Shown: positions 48,201 through 57,327 of the stretch, piece after piece
Position numbering within the stretch: the first letter of the stretch is position 1
How the letters are laid out: the number at the start of each line of letters is the position of its first letter
Assembly: GCA_040437565.1 (NCBI GenBank)
Contig: JBDOQK010000044.1
Span: forward strand, 248,001 to 305,327
Length of the DNA stretch: 57,327 nucleotides
Reading direction: 5' to 3'
Source of the DNA: Albugo candida
Taxonomy: Eukaryota
Notes under the pieces: model-generated
What the model was told of the DNA's origin: nothing
Database searches by the model: none
What the model saw: the letters and a program-made list of their open reading frames with translations, nothing else
Program-made: the position numbers and the translations under genes

Positions 48201-50418
48201 TGCTACACAAGAAATGTGTAGCGAAGTGCACCGAAATAGTGAATTCATGATCAAGAACCTTTTCCAAGTGAAGTTTTGATCGATCTGAGGAGAATTTAAT
48301 CGTTTAGAGTCGTGCGAACTGTACCCGTTCTCGAGGTTGTCGTCAGTACAAATTATCAATAATCGAATCAATGAGGAAAAAATTTACGCCCTAGGGAGTA
48401 TCCGCAAGCTATCTAGATAGGACTGATCATGGTTCTTACTTTAGGTGAGAAGCATGAAGTGCCAAACGATTCTGAAGATTCTTTGTGTCACAAGAATCTA
48501 AGTTTTGAACTTGCCCCGTGTATTTATACTACCAAGACATAGCATATAGACCACTCATCATACCCTAAATGATGTCGGATTCAAAGTAAAACGAGATTGA
48601 TCAGAACTTTGTCGACTGTTTCTTCTGACTGCAGTAATGTATTTTTGCGATCATATCGATCATATCTCGGAAAAGACTATCACTCGCTCTCACAGTATAA
48701 ATCAACATCCTGGAAAGAAGCGGCGAGTTTGTCGCGAAGAACAACTTGTGTAGGCTCGAGATCAATGTACTAAGAGCGAGCCGCGAATTGAAGGAGCGTC
48801 TTTTTCGAAAAAGGCATAATTCTAGACATTTGTCTCATAGTGTGTTTGCATCAGCACATACTGTCTTCGTACATTGCAAGATTTGATCATTCAGGTATGC
48901 TAAAGACCTGGATATCAAATCTGAAATAATACAAGTACGATAAATGGCCGACTGACATTTTATCTATCATACTACAAGCAGGATGGTTGCAGTAAAAATA
49001 AATTTGTACAGATTTTCTGCGCACTAAATTGGTTCTTCCAGATGGGTAATCGACTGATAGAAATGGGTGCGCGAATCAAATGATTGTGATCAAGATCTAC
49101 TCATTTGACCACCTACAAAATATTTTTTGTTTCATTTCACATCAATGACCAGCACATCAGATTCAGTATTGCAGATAACTAAATGAATTGAGGCGTTGTT
49201 GAGCATTTCTTTTATTGATTTTTACGCAATTAGCTGAAGTCACAGAGTGAAGATACACATTGATGATCAATTTGCAAAATTCTCAAGAATAGAATAAACG
49301 GAAACTGATATCTCACGCAAGTTTGAACGTAGAGAGCCATACGTATAATGACGATCAACTTGATATGACACAAGAGAGCTAGGGTGGAAAGAACGATAAA
49401 TGCACCTTTCCGTGGCGTATTTCAAGTAAAGGCTGGATACGGATAGAAAAAAACATATCACCAGCACCAGATCAGAACCAAAATAAGAGACACGCCTTCA
49501 TCGATACAGAGTCCATTTGTTGGTTTTGCACCAGTTCACTGAAACAGCAATTTGATATTATATACGACTACACTCAAGCAGAGTTGTATGACAAAATCTC
49601 ACGTGATGGCCTACCGACCTAAATTCTAAAGCTTGCATGGGTACTCACCGCATGTTGAGATAATCGATTTTGAGACGAGGAAGCTATGTATGCGTCTGAT
49701 ACATGGACATAATTCATACCGAATCTCAGTAAAGGGCAAGATTGTATCTATCGTGACAATTGGTAGTCTCGTGAGCGATCCTCAGCTACAGATAAAGTAA
49801 ATCCGATGGATACTTTGTATATTCTTCTCGCATGTACATGCAATTGCTTGCGTGTGGACATTTCAACAAATCGTTTTGTTTTATTCAATCATTAAAGCGC
49901 AGACTATGGGGGGAATTGACAATCCAAATGCTTTCTCGCTCTGTATTCGACCTTATTGGATTTCTAGACAGGAATAAGAGCCGGAGAATACCATCATACG
50001 TGCTCTACTCCTGTGTAGTAGCACACACGCAGCCAAAGAGACTCATGAGCATTCAATCGAGCGCTTATACTTGCGGCTGTACGGTTATCGGATCAGATAG
50101 CATGTATTGACATCCTCGGTCACATATNNNNNNNNNNNNNNNNNNNNNNNNNNNNNNNNNNNNNNNNNNNNNNNNNNNNNNNNNNNNNNNNNNNNNNNNN
50201 NNNNNNNNNNNNNNNNNNNNNNNNNNNTATTGACCAATGATCGTGTCGAATGAAAGTGGAACGCTGGATAGAGCAATAAATTGGGTATCAAGTGGGGGGA
50301 TGCTCCAAAGTTGCCGTCGATTTCCATAATAACTTCCACAATTTCCATCTTCTTTACGGTTGGATGGCTCGATTGTTTCGAATCACGGGGAAGTTCTGCC
50401 CATTATTGAATCTGCTCC

Positions 50419-52249
50419 ATGCGATCATTAAGAGCTATACGCGTACTCGCATTGGTATTAGCATGCTACATGGATGCTAGTGATGGTGAAGAGCTTACAA
50501 GAGAATACATCTACACCATTCCAGTTAGAGAAAACCACATATACCGATTTGGGAGGGATACAGAAATTGCCAGATGTGCCTTCTGGACTTTGCAGGGGTC
50601 AGTCGGGCCTCTTTACTCGGCAAAACGTTGGAGACTATAAGGATGATGATTACCTCTACGAGTCTTGGGTTTGAACTTATCGTGACACGTTGCGATAACG
50701 TCCTACGCTGCAACTCCCTTGAGTTGATAGACCAGCCAATGCTCGAAATCACAAACCACGCACATGCATTTGATCATCGTAAATCGATACGGTCAGCAGC
50801 AAGCACTTTCGGATTCGAGCAACTCTTACGTCAAACTGTTTGTGTGATCCGTTACCACGTAGATTTCGACGAGGATTGCAGAACATGCCTGCGAGAAGCA
50901 AGTGATTGTAAAAGTTTTGGTGAGTTCCTATTTACGAATAAGGGCATACTCTACTCTGCTACTATACTGCACACATCGCATAGCAAAGATACAATTAATC
51001 AAGCTTGCAAAGCATTTGATGCCTGTGGAAGAATGATCAAAAGCAAATTCTTGGATCAAACATGTCACGAGATCCATTATGCGAAAGCCTCGGAGTTTTA
51101 TAGATTAAGTTCTTTGAGAGAAGATCAACGTGAAAATGAGTTGAAGTCAGGAGCAGAAAGGCAAGAACGTGAGCTAAAAAAAAGATTCAACAAGTCAGCT
51201 GTACTGTGTCAAGGTTACAATCGAGTTGCGAGCACTTCTTTCACTACATGAAAAGTTGGTGACATGTATGAAATGCTGGGGAAGTCACTCATACAGTACT
51301 GTACATTTACTTGATATTAGGCTTGGAAGAATTCCGAGATTACTTCTAAAGGGAACGTGGACCTCATTTGGTTGGTTTGAGTGTAGAAAACTTTGTCGCG
51401 CAAGCCGTTTCTATCCGACGCAAATGTGCTACACAGATTACGACAAACAGTTTGTTACGCCATCAATCAAAAAAAAATCAAATATCTTTGTATATGCCCA
51501 AATCGATCAGAAAGGATATTAATACCGATGATTAAAGCGGGTGCGTCATGGCATACCATCAAAGCAAACATATGTTTAAACACATCCTACTCAGTCGATA
51601 TTATTCATTTACTGCTGACGGAATCGAAAGGAAATATAATTGTAGCAAGTGCTTGGAACTGCCGACAGGACATTCAGTATCACCGCTCTCCAATATAGTA
51701 TCCCTGATTACAGTCAACGGTGTTTATCAGAAGAGAAAAATTGGTCAGTGCATTTCTGAAGAAAAATGCAGTAGGATCGCGTTTATTCCCGATGAAAATT
51801 GTGTTGAAGATCTGCGGACAGCAGCCAAACTGACACATAAAAAGAGGGAGAGGTCATATGTGAATGCTTGGCTAAACGAGAATGAAGAAGGCTCACGACA
51901 ACCATCGAATATGGAAAGCATTTCAACCCGGTCTAGTGGATTGATTACCGTTGGGATGGCTAGATATACTCATCCAATGTGTCTGCTTTGTCTGGCTCTT
52001 CTATAAGAAGTAATAATGGTATCGACCGTAAAAAGCTACGTCTGGATGTTAAGGAGAGAGGGACAAAACGAAAACTTACCGGTGTGTCATTTGTGTGAGA
52101 TTGCTGACAAAACCATGAAGCTTAATGTTCGTTCAATGAGACAGATATCCGCCGCAAAGATCCAATATCACGTATTGGAAGCGATACAATCAGACCTAGA
52201 CTACGACGGACTGATATCGGTTTGGCAACTTCCAATTGACGGCCCGTAG
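50419..52249 (+). pseudogene. Frameshifted CCG (CX2CX5G)-class secreted effector-like gene with repeated Cys modules
   Basis: Signal-peptide-like MRSLRAIRVLALVLACYMDASDG at 50419. Frameshift between 50529 and 50567, then CQMCLLDFAG (50568-50597). Further modules CRTCL...CKAFDACG, CMKCWGSHS, CSKCLELPTG and CLLCL...SYVW lie in successive ORFs 50574-51251, 51226-51522, 51548-52006 and 52016-52249. Confidence 0.8.
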
Positions 52250-52330
52250 AGTAACTTTCGACTGGGTGTGACTTTCGAACGACCCGTCGAGTAACTTTCG
52301 ATTGGGAGTGACTTTCAAATGACCCGTCAA
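52241..52330. repeat. 40-bp tandem repeat, ~2.2 copies
   Basis: GGCCCGTAGAGTAACTTTCGACTGGGTGTGACTTTCGAAC / GACCCGTCGAGTAACTTTCGATTGGGAGTGACTTTCAAAT / GACCCGTCAA. Confidence 0.85.
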
Positions 52331-53179
52331 CTAAGGTGATTGTGGTGGTCAATTTGACTATTAACTTCGAAGTAAAAATAATCACAAAACGTGTCTCATA
52401 TATCGTGCCTTACTGCGTTGCCTCTCATGCTTTAGACATGTTCGTTAGCCCCAAAACCGCCACACTATTTGTACATGCTGGGATTCTATCTCTTTATGAA
52501 CCTTCATGAAGTCCCAATTTCATTTCGCTTAGACTTGACGTTTTCTTCGTATCTATCCCATCGATCTCCTTAAAAGATGCTTTGAGTCGACCGTTCAGCC
52601 CGACAAGCTTGAGTAGATCTGGAATCATTTTCATCCTAAAGAACGGTTGGTGTATGAGTTCGACCACAACACATAGCCCCAACAAATACTCGAAACATAT
52701 AGCTCCTAATATTGAAAATTTCATTCTATGTCTTTTTTATCATGGGAGCTGAATAGCGTGAAATAGAATCACTAGGTATGAATAAGGTGAATTTCTCATC
52801 ATTAGTATTGAGCTCGGGGCAACTACCACTCATTGCTACTTTAGGTTAGTCGCTTAAACTTGGTAATTATGTAGATGTACGAGACATGTAGATAAAAGGA
52901 ATGATTAAGGAGGTAAAAATCAAGCAAGATTCCATCATCCCAATAGCGTCCGATCTTCAACGGACCTGTTTGCGCTGGCATCTGATCGTGTGTTCCTTTT
53001 CTCAGATTGATGAGATCAGCATATATGCTATTGAGTACACTCAGGATCACGATTATCTTGACTTTCTTCACTTTGGTAGAGTTGTGCTTTTAGAAAAACT
53101 CAAACGCACAGCTCAGTGAATTGCCACGTGAGACGCGATGGAGATATTGAATGATGTAGTACAGAGCAGTGGATACTTC

Positions 53180-56100
53180 GGTTAGTTACTAGCACTAGCT
53201 CTGCTTCAAATAAATGAGAAACTAAATGTATTTCGAACTTATGATTTTCGAGTTACCTCGTATGTCCGTTACCACCGATCGCTCATATACACCCAAGAGG
53301 TCCTCCGTCCACGCTTAAGGTCGCGCCCTTTCAACGCTCCTTTCCAAGATGTCCTTAGACCAGCGAGATCGTCTTGTGCCGCTCTATCAGTAGCGGCGCA
53401 GAAAATGTCTTACTGAGGAGATCAGCTCGCATGAAACGGGAATCGCAATACAGCACCTTTTCTTGCTGTCACCTTTGATGAACTTTAGACGTACAGTGAT
53501 GGGTTTTCTCTTGCTGCGCTCTCTTCACCCTGTATCAACTTAATCGCAGCTTGGTTGCCAACATGCATCAACATCGGCTTGGTCACGCGAACTTCAATTG
53601 AATCAAGAAATTCATTCAGTCCTACATTCCGCGCCATAAAGATAGNNNNNNNNNNNNNNNNNNNNNNNNNNNNNNNNNNNNNNNNNNNNNNNNNNNNNNN
53701 NNNNNNNNNNNNNNNNNNNNNNNNNNNNNNNNNNNNNNNNNNNNNGAAACCGCCCCAGACCATGATACCACCCCCTCCACTTTGACGGCTATAAGATGTC
53801 CTTGCTTCAAGCCGGATATCGTGCCAATAATACTTGCAACCATCTGGTCCGTCCAGCGTGAACCGCTTCTCGTCTGAAAAGATGATCCTGCCCCAGTTTG
53901 TGCAATCCTTGATCTTCTGTTTGGCCCATTCAAGTCGTGCCGTGTGGTGGCGCTTCGTGAGTTTCGGCGTGGGTTTCATTTTCTTGTAGACAAGATGAGG
54001 CGCTCGCTGGAGCAAGCGCTGAACGGTCCTCTTGCTCACCTGTGGGCTCACGGTGTTGGCGATGGCAGCAGCGGACAAATCACCGCTGATTGCGGTATTG
54101 ATGATGCACCGCACATCACGCGGCCCGAGTTTCGGCTTCCTTCCAGGGCTCTTTTCATTCCATAGCCATCAGAATTTCTTAGGTAAGCGTGGACGACGTT
54201 TATGGAGCGGCCTAGGCTCGTAGCAATCGTCCGTAGAGTTTCTTTGTTAGACCTGAGGGCGTCAATTTGCCCTTCTCGTACTCGGTCAGAGCCGGCTTTC
54301 GCCCCATGGCTTCGCTTCAAGAAAACACTAAACTCGACTAGGAGCACGCAGAAAACATTCAGAAGAATCCATCCATGTTGACTAAAGGCGAAGAAAGTGC
54401 GTTGTCTACCTGTGTGGTCGAGTGGTGGTGGTGTACACTATCAATATGTCTCGCAGGTCTGTGTACCTTCCCGCCAAATATCCCACTTCCGCTTATCCGA
54501 TCAGCACAAACAAAACGCCAAAATGATTGGCTCAACGTAGGAAAATGTTTCATTCAATTAGCAGTCAAAACAAAGGAAAACTAAGCACAATTCAGAAAAT
54601 AACGGCTGTCCCTATATTTATTGCGCGGAGTGTAACAGGTCAATCGCCACCTGCGATGCAGCTATAAACTCTGCCTCCATTGTACCTAACACCACGCTCA
54701 ACTTTTCTCGACACGTACAGCTGACAGCCATATAATTCAAGCATATAACTACTCCACTTACAGATATTCGATCAGCGCGGTCTGCCATGTAATCCGCGTC
54801 ACCGTAGCTTTCAAGAACGACTTCTTGTGAACTATCTTTCCAATTTTTCTTCTTAAGGCAAACTTCAGGTCGACGGTACCCTTTAAGTACCGAGCAATTC
54901 GCTTTGTCCACCGCCAATTGCGATACCTTGGCGCATGCAGTTTCTGGATGGCCGAGTGCACATCGAATGCAATGTCCGGCCTTCTACTTCGAGACAACCA
55001 CAGTAGACTCCAAATGACCGATTAAAACATCTTCACAGTCGGTTTCGTTCTGGTATAGCATCGCCGTCGCTTGGCAGTAAATCGCCCTCGTCATCTCCGT
55101 CTTTTTCTTTGCCAATAGATGTGCGTGCAGAATTCGCTTGTTCCAGAAATAGTATAGAAAGCACTTCGCGAATGCACTGCGTTTGCTCCACCAGATACCC
55201 ATTATCCTTGGCCTATGTCACACCAATGACCAGAAACTTTGTCATTTCACTAACATCCTTTTGCGTCAAGTACCTTCATGTCACTAAAGAATTGACTTGC
55301 GTTGCAGACCCTTCAAGCAATTACCAAAAGGTCGGCCGCGGAGACGCCCACCAGAACAATGGTTTATGCATCACCTCTCGAGTATAAACATCTGTCACTG
55401 AAGCACTAAACGAATGCAAACTTCACAATTGTTTCATGCCACAACTGTGCCCCAACCCTCCCTCCATCCTAGTTCATCCCTTACAGGTTTTTTCGAGGCT
55501 TCAGCTCCACCATGTTCTTATCACTTGCCCAATATCTTCAAGTTTTCCTTGTCTAACTCCATTCCATGCGGTACATGAAGAGCGATCTAGATGCCTTCCT
55601 CTATCTTCTTTAATACAGGCAATACACAAAACACCGCATCGAACAGGCACCCTCCATGCTCGCTCCAATGCTAGCACCTGCTTTGCTGCCGTAATTGCCA
55701 TCACGGCACTCCAAGTCGTGGTGTACTTAACACCATATTACTGCTCGTTTACGCAGGCCAAGAGTCTCGCTTTAAATCACTCAACATCCCATCTGCGTGC
55801 TTTTTGGTTATAGAGACCCATTTGGAATGTAGAAGCTTCTGGCCAGGACTTCAAAGTGTTAGTTTCCACGCTCCGTTTCATTTTAGCGATTCAATTACGG
55901 AACTCATCATTTCGCGCCACAGACCAGCATCTACAGAGTGTACTGCTTCCATTTTATGTATTCGGATCTTCGACCAAGAAGACCATTGCAACCGGTACAT
56001 GTTTAACGCCACGCACAGAGTGATCATACGAGTTTCATTCCAGTCATCTGTGCGGTATTCAGACTTCCTCACCAATAGTTTAGACATTCATACTTTACCG

Positions 56101-57186
56101 CGTGACCCACGATTGGACGATCTTTTTGGAATTGTCAATACACTATTTCCGCTTTGCAGCCTCCTTACTTTCTTCCACATCTTTGGGCTAAATCAGGATC
56201 CTCCCAGCCTAGATGTTTCTCCCATTGACAACTATCGTCAATACCCAGTCTCCCCATTATTAATATGCTGCGTCGTGATGACCAATGGTTCGCGTGGTAG
56301 ATCCACCTTAAATCCTTTGGTCTCGTCGTACTGCCCCACAGTTATCCCGACCTAAGCGCGCGATTTTCCGCTAATGCTTTCCAGGATTGCGATAAGCTGT
56401 GCACGAGCTTCGAAACACCATCGCATCAGCAATACCGGGCTTCTTACAGTCAGGACTTTGAACGGAGAAGCCAGCTTTAAATTTGCGCTGCCTGGGCTGT
56501 GATTCAGAATATAAGTTTCGTATTGCACTACACCACCCCAGATGTGGAACGGCAAGCCACTGGCAACATCATTCACCGTGCCATATTAAGAACAGTCTTG
56601 TGCATGCGTTCTGGCTTTCCATTGCATGCTTGATTGCCGTCTTCGCTAACTTGTCTGGTTACTCCAAGGGCCTTGGAAAGCATGTCGAAGTTCTGATATT
56701 CACCACCGCGGTCCATTCTGAGGATGGGCACTTCGCAATCAAATGTGCGCTTGAAAAAATTCAGAACATATTGCGACATCTTCGCAAAAAGATCCTTCTT
56801 TCTCGCAACATATACTCTGCAGTAGTGGACGCGTGGTCAATGAAGTTGGTCATATACCGGTTACCGCATCGGTCCGTTGGAGCCATGGGACCCTTTACGT
56901 CGCTGCAGGTAACCCCTCCAGTCTGATTAATACGGTAACGCGTCCCACTGTACTTCTTGAAGTGTGCCTGCTTACATTGCTTACCTTAAGTGCAGGGAAT
57001 GCATCTTGGTCGCTTTCTGACGATTAGCTCAATTCACGAGCTTTCACTGTCTGCCATCTTTTTCACCGTGTCATACACGAGATGAACAAGGCGCTTATGC
57101 AGTTCCAAAAGCGTGCACTTCACCGATACGATAGATTTAACATTAGTATCTGCAGCAGATAGGGCCGCAGGGTTCCGCCCGAGCTC
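53180..57186 (-). mobile_element. Decayed Ty1/copia element (pre-integrase, integrase, RT, RNase H, PPT, 3' LTR from ~53336; left edge approximate)
   Basis: LHKRLVHL, SDVKGPM...NFIDH, LRMDRGGEY, NGKPERMHKT, RPDIAF, RIARYLKGT, TMEAEFIAAS, VGNQAAIKLI. Purine tract GGAAAGGAG precedes CGTTGAAAG. Confidence 0.88.
53625..54632 (-). mobile_element. Tc1/mariner (Tc3-like) transposon inserted at a TA in the copia RNase H; transposase 54307 to the gap, two frameshifts
   Basis: TIRs CATTCCGCGCCATAAAGATAG and CACTCCGCGCAATAAATATAG (18/21). TA at 53623-53624 and 54633-54634. HTH region, FSDEKRFTLDGPDG, IMVWGGF. Removing the element restores host DLLGLNEFL. Confidence 0.93.
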
Positions 57187-57327
57187 AGTTGAAGGTGTCT
57201 AGATTACTAGAATTAGACAAACTGACTTCTCTAGTTGCCTAGGCTATCTTAAATAACATACATACATATAAAAAACGTTTCGTGAAATACCTGTGAGAGA
57301 TGATAGAATGTCGTCTCGTTGATAATC
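57187..57327 (-). repeat. Terminus of dispersed repeat R1 (copy 3), running off the window end; interrupts the copia element
   Basis: Reverse complement is highly similar to 25146-25286. Confidence 0.9.

Noticed and set aside
52241-52330. Repeat units of CRISPR-like length
   Set aside because: Units are directly adjacent with no unique spacers, there are no cas genes, and the context is eukaryotic; a simple tandem duplication.
1-57327. tRNA, rRNA or prokaryotic defence systems
   Set aside because: None recognised by eye; a tRNAscan-SE/Infernal run would be needed to exclude small RNAs.

Overview
Eukaryotic, not prokaryotic. This looks like an oomycete scaffold, most likely Albugo (inference from ~50-bp GT-AG introns, oomycete-type genes and copia elements, and a CX2CX5G 'CCG' effector-like pseudogene). 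It contains ten 100-N gaps. A gene-dense block at 1-5.7 kb holds the 3' end of a DNAJC11-like gene, two hypothetical genes, a PP2C phosphatase and a 5-exon VAMP7-like longin SNARE. A TE-rich, gene-sparse block at 6-34.8 kb holds decayed copia elements, two related TATA-flanked MITEs, an IS630/Tc1-type transposon, a full-length L1/Tx1-like LINE nested in a copia LTR, and two mutually paralogous pseudogenes built from CxxCL modules. Two intact intronless genes follow: an atypical non-RD CDPK-like kinase, and a 2224-aa GT48 beta-1,3-glucan (callose) synthase fused in frame to a degenerate MFS sugar-porter domain. The last block holds a frameshifted multi-module CCG effector-like gene and a copia element carrying a Tc3-like insertion. 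The strongest candidates for an under-described system are the glucan synthase-MFS fusion and the set of decayed Cys-module secreted-protein genes. All calls come from manual reading and alignment; no database searches were run.
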